Both the position numbers and the translations under genes were made by a program. Of a DNA stretch of 64,000 bases, positions 19,065 to 29,375 are shown one piece after another. The stretch is from Elainellaceae cyanobacterium (lineage in GTDB: Bacteria; Cyanobacteriota; Cyanobacteriia; CAKZMO01). The notes beneath the pieces were generated by a model. That model was given only the letters and a program-made list of their open reading frames with translations, was not told the origin of the DNA and did no database searches. Where the stretch lies: assembly GCA_049647405.1 (NCBI GenBank), contig JBARXP010000084.1:8252-72251 (forward strand). Direction: 5' to 3'. The stretch's first letter is position 1, and the number at the start of each line of letters is the position of its first letter.

Positions 19065-21062
19065 ATGCCTGCCTTTGTTGAAGTTGACCACGTTGATCGC
19101 ATTTTTCCTCTCCCTGATGGAGGCCAGTACATTGCTCTCAAAAATATCAGCCTAGAAGTCAAACAGGGAGAATTTATTAGCCTCGTCGGTCACTCTGGCT
19201 GCGGCAAGTCTACGCTGCTCAACATTTTGGCAGGCTTAGACCGGGCCAGCCAAGGTGGCATCGTTTTAGAGGGGCGCGAGGTGACTCAACCCGGCCCCGA
19301 TCGGATGATGGTGTTTCAAAACTACTCGCTGTTGCCTTGGCGATCGGTGCGCCAAAACATCGCACTGGCGGTCGATCGGGTATTTGAAAAAGCATCCAAG
19401 GCTGAGCGGGATGAGATTGTCGAGCACCATATCAAGATGGTGAACTTGCAGCTCGCTGCTGACAAACGGCCCCATGAGCTATCAGGCGGCATGAAACAGC
19501 GGGTGGCGATCGCCCGTGCCCTAGCCATTCGCCCCAAAGTGTTGCTGCTAGACGAGCCCTTTGGCGCACTAGATGCGCTGACCCGAGGCAATCTGCAAGA
19601 GCAGCTGATGCAGATTTGTCAAGAAAACAACGTCACCGCCGTCATGGTGACCCACGATGTCGATGAAGCGTTGCTGCTGTCTGACCGGGTTGTGATGATG
19701 ACCAATGGCCCCTCAGCCAAGATTGGTCAGATTCTCGAAGTGCCCATTGCTCGACCTCGAAAACGTCTAGAGATGGTCAACCATCCGCTCTACTACAGCC
19801 TGCGGAACGAGATTATCGATTTTCTCAACCAGCAAAAACGGCTGAAGAAGCGCAAAGCGACAGCACCCAAAATCATTGCAGGCAATGGGTTAGAAAAAGT
19901 CAACCTGGAGTTGGGCTTTATTCCTCTGACAGACTGCGCGCCATTGGTTGTGGCTCAGGAAAAGGGATTCTTCAAAGAGCAAGGGCTGGATCAAGTGACG
20001 CTAAGTCGCGAGACAAGCTGGAAGGCCATCACCGAAGGCGTCACAGCCGGACGATTAGATGCAGCTCAAATGGTGACTGGAATGCCCCTTGCCATGACCA
20101 TGGGGTTGACCAACGCACCCGTCTCGGTGATCACTCCCATGGTGCTGAGCCGCAATGGCAATGCCATTACGATCAGCAAATCGATTTACGACCAGGGTGT
20201 TCGTACCCTAGAAGATTTCAAGGCTTATATTGACCGCACGCCTAAAAACACGTTGGGCATGGTTCACCCTGCCTCCATGCACAATTTGCTTCTGCGGTAC
20301 TGGCTGGCCTCTGGCGGCGTTGACCCTGACGAAGATGTCAACATCATGCGGCTGCCGCCTGCCCAGATGGTGTCTAACCTAAAAGCTGGCAACATTGACG
20401 GCTACTGCGTCGGAGAGCCCTGGAACCAGCGTGCCGTGCAGGAAGATCTGGCTGTCGTCATGGCAACCGACATAGAGCTTTGGAACAAACATCCCGAAAA
20501 AATGTTAGGGATGCGAGAAGACTGGGCTAATGCCTATCCCAACACGGCTCAGGCGCTCATCCGGGCGTTGCTCAAAGCCTGCGAATATTGCGACGATCAC
20601 CGTAACCGAAGGGAGATCGCAGAGCTGCTGAGTCAGCCCCGTTACGTCGGCACTGAGATCGATTACATTCGACCCGGATTCATGGATGCCTATGCCAAAG
20701 GAACGGATGCTGAACCTCAAATGATGCTTGACTTCAACCAGTTTTATGTCAACCAGGCCAATTATCCTAACCCGACTGAAGGGCTGTGGATCTTGACTCA
20801 GCTTGCCCGGTGGGATTTGGCTCCCTTTCCTAAAAATCGGGTCGAGTTGCTAGAGAGAGTCTATCGTACCGACTTGTTTGATCAGGCGATCGCCACTCTA
20901 GGGTGGCCCGGAGTTGAGCCTTCCCATGAGCCATTTGCCCTATTTGACCAAGTGTATTTCGATCCCAACGATCCCCTCAGCTACCTGAAAAAGTTCAGCA
21001 TTGGTCGAGAGATACGCGTTGAAGAAGTTCCGCTCGGAGACGCTGTCGCCGCTGTGGCATAG
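19065..21062 (+). CDS. nrtC: Nitrate ABC transporter ATPase with C-terminal NrtA-like regulatory domain
   Basis: Walker A GHSGCGKST, signature LSGGMKQRV and Walker B LLLDEPF. These are followed by a domain of about 380 aa resembling NrtA (LGFIPLTDCAPLVVA, CVGEPWNQRAV). The ATG at 19065 is preferred. Confidence 0.9.
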   Translation: MPAFVEVDHVDRIFPLPDGGQYIALKNISLEVKQGEFISLVGHSGCGKSTLLNILAGLDRASQGGIVLEGREVTQPGPDRMMVFQNYSLLPWRSVRQNIALAVDRVFEKASKAERDEIVEHHIKMVNLQLAADKRPHELSGGMKQRVAIARALAIRPKVLLLDEPFGALDALTRGNLQEQLMQICQENNVTAVMVTHDVDEALLLSDRVVMMTNGPSAKIGQILEVPIARPRKRLEMVNHPLYYSLRNEIIDFLNQQKRLKKRKATAPKIIAGNGLEKVNLELGFIPLTDCAPLVVAQEKGFFKEQGLDQVTLSRETSWKAITEGVTAGRLDAAQMVTGMPLAMTMGLTNAPVSVITPMVLSRNGNAITISKSIYDQGVRTLEDFKAYIDRTPKNTLGMVHPASMHNLLLRYWLASGGVDPDEDVNIMRLPPAQMVSNLKAGNIDGYCVGEPWNQRAVQEDLAVVMATDIELWNKHPEKMLGMREDWANAYPNTAQALIRALLKACEYCDDHRNRREIAELLSQPRYVGTEIDYIRPGFMDAYAKGTDAEPQMMLDFNQFYVNQANYPNPTEGLWILTQLARWDLAPFPKNRVELLERVYRTDLFDQAIATLGWPGVEPSHEPFALFDQVYFDPNDPLSYLKKFSIGREIRVEEVPLGDAVAAVA

Positions 21063-21148
21063 GTCTCCGGTCATGCCAGTTGCATGGCATCCCTCGTCAA
21101 CAAACCTTGCCTGTATCTTTGTCGTGTCCTCCTAGCCTGATTAGCACC

Positions 21149-21985
21149 ATGACTTCAAGCGTAATCAACTCTGACGTATCACCAATCTCTACCCAAGAAA
21201 AATCGTTTCTAGCCATTGACGGTGTCTCAAAAGTCTTCACCACGCGCAGTGGCCCCCTGACGGTGATCAAAGACATTAGCCTGGATATTAACGAAGGCGA
21301 GTTTGTCTGCTTTATTGGACATTCGGGCTGTGGAAAATCGACGCTCCTGAACATGGTGTCGGGCTTTTTGCAGCCCACCGAGGGGGCTGTATATCTCAAA
21401 GGTCAACCGATTCAAAAGCCTGGGCCTGATCGGATGGTCGTGTTCCAAAGCTATTGCCTATTGGAATGGAAGACGGTGTTTGAGAATGTCTACCTGGGCG
21501 TTAACTCGGTCTATCCGAAGCTGGGTAAGGCTCAAAAAACCGAAATCGTGAACGAACACCTAGAGATGGTAGGGCTGACTGAAGCAGCCCATAAGAAGCC
21601 AAGCCAAATTTCGGGCGGCATGAAGCAGCGGGTGGCGATCGCCCGTGCCCTTGCCATTCGGCCTAAGGTACTGGTGATGGACGAGCCCTTTGGAGCCCTA
21701 GACGCGATCACCAAAGAAGAGCTTCAGGAAGAGCTGCTCAGCATCTGGCAAAGCCATAAATCCACCGTCTTGATGATTACCCACGACATCGACGAAGCTC
21801 TGTTCTTAGCCGATCGCCTCGTCATGATGACCAATGGCCCCGAAGCCACCATCGGCGAAGTGCTCACCATTCCATTCAATCGACCTCGCAAGCGAACTGC
21901 GATGATGGAAGACCCCCGCTACTACGAATTGCGGAACTATGTGCTGGACTTCCTCTATCGTCGATTTGCCCATGACGACGATTAG
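21149..21985 (+). CDS. nrtD: Nitrate ABC transporter ATPase
   Basis: Walker A GHSGCGKST, ISGGMKQRV and VMDEPFGALD, without the extra C-terminal domain. The ATG at 21149 gives 278 aa. Confidence 0.9.
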   Translation: MTSSVINSDVSPISTQEKSFLAIDGVSKVFTTRSGPLTVIKDISLDINEGEFVCFIGHSGCGKSTLLNMVSGFLQPTEGAVYLKGQPIQKPGPDRMVVFQSYCLLEWKTVFENVYLGVNSVYPKLGKAQKTEIVNEHLEMVGLTEAAHKKPSQISGGMKQRVAIARALAIRPKVLVMDEPFGALDAITKEELQEELLSIWQSHKSTVLMITHDIDEALFLADRLVMMTNGPEATIGEVLTIPFNRPRKRTAMMEDPRYYELRNYVLDFLYRRFAHDDD

Positions 21986-22106
21986 TTTTATTACTCTTAA
22001 GAGTATTTAGGCGCGATAGACCAGTCGATATCCGTCTGTCGCGGTGAGTCAGCCTGTTGCGGTGAGTCAGCCCCTCATTCACGTTGTCGTTTGCAGTACT
22101 TAGCCC

Positions 22107-24329
22107 GTGAAAACTCTGTGTCCCTACTGTGGTGTCGGTTGTGGTCTAGATGTAGCCATCACCGACAATGTAGCCCAGCCCTACAAAGTAAGGGGCGATC
22201 GCGCTCATCCCTCTAGCAAGGGACAAATTTGTGTGAAAGGGGGAACCGTCGCCGAAGCACTCAAAAAAGATCGGCTACAGTATCCGATGTTTCGAGCCTC
22301 TCTCGATGAAGCGTTTCGGCAGATTTCTTGGGATGAAGCTCTCGATAAGATTGCAGCCCAAATTGAGACCGTGCGATCGACACCCCTGGGCAGCGATGGC
22401 GTCTGCATGTACGGCTCAGGTCAGCTTTGCACAGAAGACTATTACGTCGCACAGAAACTCCTGAAAGGCTGCCTTAGAACCAACAACTTTGACAGCAATT
22501 CTCGCCTATGCATGTCATCTGCCGTATCGGGCTACATTCGCAGCTTCGGGTCTGATGGCCCCCCCTGCTGCTACGAAGATTTAGACGTGACCGACTGCGC
22601 CTTCATCATCGGTAGCAACACGGCAGAATGCCATCCAATTATCTTCAATCGCTTTCGGAAAAACCATCGAAAAAATCCCGGCACGAAGCTGATTGTCGTT
22701 GATCCCCGCAAGACAGAAACCGCTGCGGTCGCCGATTTGCATCTCGCCATCCAGCCCGGAACAGATATTGATCTGTTGAACGGCATGGCTCACCTGCTTT
22801 GGCAGTGGGGCCAGCTTGACCAAGACTTTATCGATCGCCACAGCGTCGGCTTCGAGAACTACCTAGAGGTGATTCGTCACTATCCTCCAGATGTTGCGGC
22901 TCAGCGATGCGGCATTTCGACCGAAGAGTTGGAGACGGCTGCTCGCTATTGGGCAGAAGCTGAGGGTGCGCTCTCGCTCTGGTGCATGGGCGTCAATCAA
23001 TCGAGGGAAGGCACAGCAAAGGTACAAACCCTGATCAATCTGCACCTGATGACGGGGCAGCTGTCAAAACCTGGAGCTGGCCCCTTCTCATTAACCGGGC
23101 AGCCCAATGCCATGGGGGGCAGAGAAGCAGGCGGGCTGTGCAAACTGCTGCCCGGTTATCGGCTCGTCAACAATCCCCAGCATCGGGCTGAAGTAGAGAA
23201 AGCATGGGGCATTGAGCCTGGAAGTCTGCCTGCCACTCCGGGCTTGTCAGCCTGGGAAATCATCACCGCTTTAGAGCAAGATCAGGTGGGGCTGCTGTGG
23301 GTCGTGGCAACCAATCCAGCCGTGAGTATGCCCGACTTGGTTCGCACCAAGGCAGCGCTGAGGCGATCGCCCTTCACGATTTGCCAAGACGCCTACTATC
23401 CGACAGAGACGGCATCCTTCGCCCACCTGCTCTTGCCCGCAGCCCAGTGGGGCGAAAAGACGGCCACCATGACCAACTCTGAACGCATGGTCACCCTCTG
23501 CGAAGCCTTTTGTGACCCGCCCGGAGAAGCAAAACCCGACTGGCAGATTTTCACCGAAGTCGGACATCGGCTCGGCTTCACCCAAGAACTCTCCTTTGCA
23601 AGCTCGGCAGCTGTCTTTGATGAATATGTGCAGCTCACCAGAAACCAAGTCTGCGACATTACCGGGCTGAGCCACGATCGCCTGCATCAGCAAGGCCCCA
23701 TCCAGTGGCCTTTTCCTGATAATCCTCAGCATCCCGCCTTTGAGAATAACGCCGCCACCAACAAGCGCCTCTATCTCGACAGGCAGTTTCCGACCTCCGA
23801 TGGTCGCGCCCGGTTCACCGCAGTTCACTCTCAAGGTCTTGCAGAACCCCCCGATCCAACCTACCCGTTTGTGCTAACAACCGGACGGCTCTACGGACAC
23901 TGGCACACCCAAACGCGCACCGGGCGCATTGAAAAAATTACGAAAATGTATCCGCAGCCCTTCTTAGAGATTCACCCGAAGGATGCAAAAGCGCTGGGTG
24001 TTGACGATGACGGCCTCGTCGAAGTGCGATCGCGCCGAGGAGTCGCCCGCCTCCATACCAAAGTGACGCGAGCCATCTCGCCAGGAACCGTGTTCATGCC
24101 CATGCATTGGGGCTTTCTATGGGCAAAAGACGCCGAAGCGAATGCCTTAACCCATCCTGAATATTGCCCAGAAGCCCTTCAGCCCGAACTAAAAGCGAGT
24201 GCCGTAGCCATCGTACCGATCGAGCCCATGTCGTCAGGCGCATCTTCCGCAGCCACATCAGTGAAACCGCAAGAGCATTCAGTGCAGGCCGATGAGAGTA
24301 ATTCATCGCCAGCCTCACTGTTCCTTTAG
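22107..24329 (+). CDS. narB: Assimilatory ferredoxin-nitrate reductase (molybdopterin)
   Basis: N-terminal 4Fe-4S motif CPYCGVGCG...C, followed by molybdopterin oxidoreductase and MopB C-terminal domains. GTG start. Confidence 0.9.
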   Translation: MKTLCPYCGVGCGLDVAITDNVAQPYKVRGDRAHPSSKGQICVKGGTVAEALKKDRLQYPMFRASLDEAFRQISWDEALDKIAAQIETVRSTPLGSDGVCMYGSGQLCTEDYYVAQKLLKGCLRTNNFDSNSRLCMSSAVSGYIRSFGSDGPPCCYEDLDVTDCAFIIGSNTAECHPIIFNRFRKNHRKNPGTKLIVVDPRKTETAAVADLHLAIQPGTDIDLLNGMAHLLWQWGQLDQDFIDRHSVGFENYLEVIRHYPPDVAAQRCGISTEELETAARYWAEAEGALSLWCMGVNQSREGTAKVQTLINLHLMTGQLSKPGAGPFSLTGQPNAMGGREAGGLCKLLPGYRLVNNPQHRAEVEKAWGIEPGSLPATPGLSAWEIITALEQDQVGLLWVVATNPAVSMPDLVRTKAALRRSPFTICQDAYYPTETASFAHLLLPAAQWGEKTATMTNSERMVTLCEAFCDPPGEAKPDWQIFTEVGHRLGFTQELSFASSAAVFDEYVQLTRNQVCDITGLSHDRLHQQGPIQWPFPDNPQHPAFENNAATNKRLYLDRQFPTSDGRARFTAVHSQGLAEPPDPTYPFVLTTGRLYGHWHTQTRTGRIEKITKMYPQPFLEIHPKDAKALGVDDDGLVEVRSRRGVARLHTKVTRAISPGTVFMPMHWGFLWAKDAEANALTHPEYCPEALQPELKASAVAIVPIEPMSSGASSAATSVKPQEHSVQADESNSSPASLFL

Positions 24330-24368
24330 GGGAAGAAGTTCCTGTGGAGTAGGGCGTTCCTGTAAAAT

Positions 24369-24824
24369 ATGACCATGACTTTTTTCAAATTTGAAGCTGA
24401 TTTCGTACAGTCTCTGCGTTGCATTCCCATGGCTGTGCGCTACAAGCTAGATACCTGTGGCGTGAAACTGAAGCTAGAGCACTGGAATCATTTTTCGGAA
24501 ATCGAGCGGCAATCTCTGGTAGAGCAGCCCTGTGAAACTTCCACAGACATTAACGAATATCGCGATCGCCTCCAATCTCTAGTCACCCAGCATACGGGAA
24601 GTCCAGCAAAAACATTGCCCATTGACGAACATCCTGATTGGGCAAAGAGCGACGTGATTCCCGCACAGGTGACTCAAAAGGGAACCGAGTGCGGCACCGT
24701 CATTACCCCTGAGCAGTGGGCGACTCTGACTCCGATGCAACGATTTGCGCTGATTAAGCTGAGTCGTCCGAGTCACGAAAATAAAAGCTTCGTACCTGCG
24801 CTACAAGAATTTAATTTGTTGTAA
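24369..24824 (+). CDS. Nitrate reductase-associated protein (NarM-like)
   Basis: 151 aa immediately downstream of narB. The FKFEADF...LRCIPMAVRYKLDTCGVKLKLEHW pattern matches the small conserved protein found next to cyanobacterial narB. Confidence 0.7.
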   Translation: MTMTFFKFEADFVQSLRCIPMAVRYKLDTCGVKLKLEHWNHFSEIERQSLVEQPCETSTDINEYRDRLQSLVTQHTGSPAKTLPIDEHPDWAKSDVIPAQVTQKGTECGTVITPEQWATLTPMQRFALIKLSRPSHENKSFVPALQEFNLL

Positions 24825-24865
24825 GACGCTGAATTATGCAGCGTTGGGGCGATCGCCCCCTAAAA

Positions 24866-24892
24866 GAAAGCCCTCGCAAAACGAGGGCTTTC
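24866..24892. terminator. Bidirectional hairpin terminator between narM-like and rpsU
   Basis: gaaagccctcg-caaaa-cgagggctttc forms a perfect 11-bp stem. It is followed by a U-run on the minus strand (uuuuag) and a U-rich stretch on the plus strand. Confidence 0.65.
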
Positions 24893-24986
24893 TGACATTT
24901 CTTACATAGTTTCAGCATGGTTGCTCGAAGGTGTAAGCCCAGGAAAAACAGAATGCGAGACGCTGCTTTTCCCAACGACTTTTATC

Positions 24987-25172
24987 TTAGTAGCTTCGAT
25001 TTTTGCGCTGACGGTTTCTGGCGATCGCTTTTCTCTTCTCCTTCTCAGCAGGAGTTTCAAAGTGGCGATGCTTCTTCATATCAGCAAAAACGCCAGCTCG
25101 GGAAACCTTGCGCTTAAAGCGCCGCAGTGCTGCTTCAATATGCTCGTCTTGACCTACTGTAACTTGAGCCAA
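24987..25172 (-). CDS. rpsU: 30S ribosomal protein S21
   Basis: [48 protein letters not shown] is a canonical S21 sequence. Confidence 0.9.
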   Translation of the reverse strand: MAQVTVGQDEHIEAALRRFKRKVSRAGVFADMKKHRHFETPAEKEKRKAIARNRQRKNRSY

Positions 25173-25210
25173 TTCGTCCTCCTTTTAATCATGTATATCA
25201 AATAGATTAA

Positions 25211-25232
25211 GGGGCAGGCATTTGCCCGCCCC
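25211..25232 (-). terminator. Hairpin between rbp and rpsU
   Basis: ggggcaggca-tt-tgcccgcccc gives a 9/10-bp stem. On the minus strand it is followed by uuaaucuauuu. Confidence 0.45.
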
Positions 25233-25298
25233 AAACCCTTTCTAGGTATAAATAGCACAGTTGCTTGCTACACCAAGATCGTGCTCGTCGGTCTCTAT

Positions 25299-25604
25299 CT
25301 AGAAGGAATTATACGTGTAGTTCCGACTAGGTTGGCGATCGCGGCTATTGTCGCGATTTTCGGTGCGAGGGCGAGCCTTGTTGACTCGCAGGGAGCGACC
25401 CATCCACTCAGCACCATCCAGCGCTTGAATTGCTGTCTCCTCTTCAGTCTCTTCTGCCATCTCCACAAACGCAAAACCACGAGGGCGACCCGTTTCTCGG
25501 TCTGTGGGAATGTTGACTCGGCTTACTTTTCCGTATTCTGCGAATACGTGATCCAAGTCATCTTGAGTGACTTCATAGGATAGGTTACCTACATATATAG
25601 ACAT
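25299..25604 (-). CDS. RRM-type RNA-binding protein (cyanobacterial Rbp family)
   Basis: MSIYVGNLSYEV (RNP2) and RGFAFVEM (RNP1), with a short Arg-rich tail. Confidence 0.9.
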   Translation of the reverse strand: MSIYVGNLSYEVTQDDLDHVFAEYGKVSRVNIPTDRETGRPRGFAFVEMAEETEEETAIQALDGAEWMGRSLRVNKARPRTENRDNSRDRQPSRNYTYNSF

Positions 25605-25913
25605 AAGACATCTCCTTCGTCAAAGCATCATGCAGCGAGTTAAACGGAGATGTACCTGCCACCGAAATCGAAAATTGAAATGAAATGAACAAGCTGACTC
25701 TACCGAAAACTAACTATCTATTCACACGTTAGCATACGATTTAGGTGTTCTGCATAACCTCAGCTTATCGATTCTCAGATCATATTCGTGCTCTGAGAAA
25801 GCTCCGAGAAGGCAGTCAAATCACTCATATTTTGGCGTCATACACCCCCCAAATGGTCGGGCACATCATGAACTATGTGCAAGTTGTTGACAACGCCCTT
25901 ATTTTCTATTTGC

Positions 25914-28517
25914 CTATCCAATTCTCGGGGGCAACGCGGCAGAGAGAGGCAGCGTCAAGATAAAAGTGGTCTCGTTGTTCGTGCTTTCCACCGTTAAATC
26001 ACCCTCCAGTCGCTGAGCCAGCTTGCGAGCCAGGGCCAGCCCTAGCCCCGTACCACCATGCTTCCAGCGATCGCCATGAGAGATACGATAAAACTTTTCA
26101 AAAATTCGGGAGAGTTCATTAGGGGAAATCTCAACACCTGTATTCGTAAAACAAAGGTCGAGACGATCAGCATGAACCACGCCTGAAATACGAATTTGCT
26201 CGTTGCGGGGGGTATATTTGCAGGCATTCATTAGTAATTCTGAAACAATGCGCTCTAAACATGACAGATCGGCATAAACCAGAGGCATAGAGTCAGGCAA
26301 TTGCAACAAGAGTTCTTGATCTTGACTCGTCACGGTTTCAGCAAAAGAGTCGCAAATATGCACGACCCAGAGACGCAAATCAACCAGGATAGGATTGAGA
26401 ACTTCTAGCCCCGCTTCTAACCGCGACAGGTTTAGCAGATCATCAATGAGCCGAATTTCACGCTGTCCTTCGGCTTTGAGAATCTTGAAATATTGCTCGA
26501 TACCGCTTTGATTGCTGTCGAGCACCCCCAACCGCTGCATGGTAATTTCAAGCATCTGAGTCGCCATTCGAATATTGGCAATCGGGGTACGCAACTCGTG
26601 AGAAACCGTACTCAAGAAGTCGTCTTTCAACTGATTGAGCCGTTCTAGCTGATCCATTTGGGCTTGGGTTGCCTGATACAACCGTGACTGGCCGATGGCG
26701 ATCGCACATTGATGGGCGACTTGCTGCACCACTTGAGATTCACGGGTTGAGAAAGAACTCTCTGCTGGACGCACTAAAAGCAAATCACCCAACAGAGTGC
26801 CGCCTTGCTCATACATCGGACACACCAGCACACAATGCCACTCATCACGCAAATTAAGAACTTGAGTACAAAACTGGTAGCACTCACTGGGGCAATGTTG
26901 ATCCGCATACAGGTGGCGCTCAAGGCGAAACCACTCCAGTGAAGAAGACGCATCAGACGCCTTGAACCCTGAATTCAACGCTGGATTGTCCGATGATTTG
27001 TTTTCTGTAGAATCTTCGCTAGAACAGAGCGCAACATGACAATCGACAACATTGAGAGAGGTACGGAGTTCATGAACGGTCGCCTGAATAATTTGACCTT
27101 CATCAAAGCTCTGCCACATCCGTTGCGTGACCTGATGCAGTAAGACTTCGTGGCGCGAAATCTGATCCAGGCTCAGATTTCGCTCTTTAATTTCAGCATC
27201 TAGAGCCTCATTTGCTCCTTTAAGCTGATTGTATAGACGACTTTGATGCACTGCGACCGAAATTTGATCGGCGAGCTGAGTCAGCAAAGCAATTTCTTCG
27301 TCTAACCATGGGCGCGGCGCTGAACAGTGCTGGGCAACGAGCAGTCCCCATGGAGTGTGGTGATCAAACACAATAGAAACAACGAGATTTGCCTTGACAT
27401 CAAATTTCTGAAGCAACTCGACATAGCAGTCTGCCAATCCAGATGTTGCAACATGATCCAACGCCTGCACGTAGGGTTGGCGATACTTTTCAATGCAAGG
27501 CGTCAGCGTAAGACAGGGATCGGCGATCGATACCCCCAGCATAGAAAGTTGTCCATCAGCTACAGACTCCGCTACGACTGTTCCTTCTAAATTTTCGTCA
27601 AACTGATACACGATGACTCGCTCAACGTGAAGATGCTGACGGACGACTTCAACCGTTGTATCTAAAACATCTTGCAAATCGAGCGATCGCCGAATACTCT
27701 CGGTCAATGTGCGCAAGACATGTTCTCGTTCAGCTTTGAGCTGCATCTCACGCTGGGCAAGCACATACGCCGTCATATCTTGAAAAATAAGGATGCAGCC
27801 TAAAAATTTTGCATGAGCACTCAAAATAGGAGAGACAGAATCACCAATGTAGCGCTCGGTTCCGTCTTGAGCGATTAGCAAGCAGGGGGTTTCAAGCTGA
27901 ACATGCTGGCGCTGGGCGATCGCCGCTGCAAAGGGGGAAGGTAAAGGAAGGCGAGTCTCAGGATCAAGCAATTGAAAAATCTCTTCCACAGGTTGGCCGA
28001 TCGCTTGTTCTGGCGACCACCCTGTCCACAACGTCGCCGTGGAGTTAATAAATTGAATGCGCCCAGCCGAGTCAGTGGCGATCGCGCCATCTCCAATACT
28101 GTTGAGCGTTGTCCACAGCCATTGCTGTGTGTTGTAAAGCTCTTGCTCAAGCTGATAGCGCGCTAGAGCCGTTTCAATAGTGGTGTGCAGTTCAGCCTGA
28201 TTAAACGGCTTGATCAGATAGCCAAACGGCTGGCTCGCGAGGGCTCGCTTTAAGGTCTGAGCATCAGCATAGGCCGTGAGATAAATGACTGGAATTCTAT
28301 AGAGTTGACGAATCTGGTCAGCTGCGGTGATTCCATCCGTTCCATCGGCTAAACGAATGTCCATCAGCACGAGATCGGGCGGATGACCACTCACTGACTG
28401 AACCGCTTGGGGAGCTGATCCCATCACTCCTGACACCTGATATCCGAGATGCTCTAGTGCTTCTTGCAAGTCCCAGGCGGTGACGCGCTCATTTTCAACA
28501 ATCAAAATATTAGTCAT
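25914..28517 (-). CDS. Hybrid sensor histidine kinase: N-terminal receiver, PAS, two GAF-like modules, HisKA, HATPase
   Basis: Receiver (ILIVENE...DLVLMDIRL...K). H-box FLSTVSHELRTPI. G-boxes in GGTGLGLALARKL. The ATG at 28517 with GGGAG upstream is preferred over the GTG at 28529. Confidence 0.85.
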   Translation of the reverse strand: MTNILIVENERVTAWDLQEALEHLGYQVSGVMGSAPQAVQSVSGHPPDLVLMDIRLADGTDGITAADQIRQLYRIPVIYLTAYADAQTLKRALASQPFGYLIKPFNQAELHTTIETALARYQLEQELYNTQQWLWTTLNSIGDGAIATDSAGRIQFINSTATLWTGWSPEQAIGQPVEEIFQLLDPETRLPLPSPFAAAIAQRQHVQLETPCLLIAQDGTERYIGDSVSPILSAHAKFLGCILIFQDMTAYVLAQREMQLKAEREHVLRTLTESIRRSLDLQDVLDTTVEVVRQHLHVERVIVYQFDENLEGTVVAESVADGQLSMLGVSIADPCLTLTPCIEKYRQPYVQALDHVATSGLADCYVELLQKFDVKANLVVSIVFDHHTPWGLLVAQHCSAPRPWLDEEIALLTQLADQISVAVHQSRLYNQLKGANEALDAEIKERNLSLDQISRHEVLLHQVTQRMWQSFDEGQIIQATVHELRTSLNVVDCHVALCSSEDSTENKSSDNPALNSGFKASDASSSLEWFRLERHLYADQHCPSECYQFCTQVLNLRDEWHCVLVCPMYEQGGTLLGDLLLVRPAESSFSTRESQVVQQVAHQCAIAIGQSRLYQATQAQMDQLERLNQLKDDFLSTVSHELRTPIANIRMATQMLEITMQRLGVLDSNQSGIEQYFKILKAEGQREIRLIDDLLNLSRLEAGLEVLNPILVDLRLWVVHICDSFAETVTSQDQELLLQLPDSMPLVYADLSCLERIVSELLMNACKYTPRNEQIRISGVVHADRLDLCFTNTGVEISPNELSRIFEKFYRISHGDRWKHGGTGLGLALARKLAQRLEGDLTVESTNNETTFILTLPLSAALPPRIG

Positions 28518-29185
28518 GGTCGCTCCCACAGGATGTGGAAAAACTTACCCACTAGAACAGACTATTCAAACGAATATAAAAAAATCTCACACTGTTATCT
28601 AAAAAACTATCTAAACGACCTCTCACGTGCTGAGCTGTGAAAGGTCTAATCTCAACCCTGACTGACATACCCCAGTGTATAGGCGCGGTTTTTCCTGATG
28701 ATTTATGTTGTAATGTGGTGCAATTTAATAATCAAGGGCAGATTATCGGGAATACCTACCAAGGCCAATAACGATATAAGTAGAATTACCGATGCTTTAT
28801 CATAAAAACTGAACGGAAAGGGTGAAATGAAACGAGCACCACGATAGAGCACCGTTGAGAAAAAAACTGCTGAGAAAAAACCATTGAGGAAAATCAGATC
28901 GTGTCTCTCAAAAAAATCTAGAACATGCCATGACTCGGAAATAGATTCTTTATTATGTTTTGCTTCTCGTGCTCAATTTCTGGCCTGAAATGATACAAAG
29001 AAATGACAAGAAAGCCATAGTACTTAGGCTAATAATTCTATTTAACCCGACAGAGAAATCAAAAGTAAAGAGATAATAGAGAAAATTTAAAGGTTTCAGG
29101 AAACTTGAGAACACGGTCTAGAACCTAACTTTGTCAAGCCACACAGCACTTATCCAGCAATTCTCATGATGGTTACGCCACAACA

Positions 29186-29295
29186 CCCGCAAATAAATTG
29201 CGGGCTACAAATGATCAAGTCCCTTCAGGACTGATAGCCGACGGATCTTAGCCCCAACGGGGCTTTCACTGATTAGCCCGCAATTTATTCGCGGG
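29186..29295. repeat. Compound inverted-repeat element of about 110 bp (four hairpins / long outer stem), MITE- or structured-RNA-like
   Basis: Left arm cccgcaaataaattgcgggcta (29186-29207) pairs with right arm tagcccgcaatttattcgcggg (29274-29295). Each arm is itself a hairpin (cccgcaa/ttgcggg). Inner hairpins are gtcc-cttca-ggac and agcccc-aac-ggggct. Confidence 0.7.
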
Positions 29296-29375
29296 CGGGT
29301 CGGAAGCATGGCCAGATAGCCAACTCGCCAAACTGAGAATTGCTGGTACTCATCGCCCACATTCATCTATTTATC

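Noticed and set aside
23271-23834. 187-aa ORF antisense within narB
   Set aside because: It lies entirely inside the well-supported narB frame and has no motifs.
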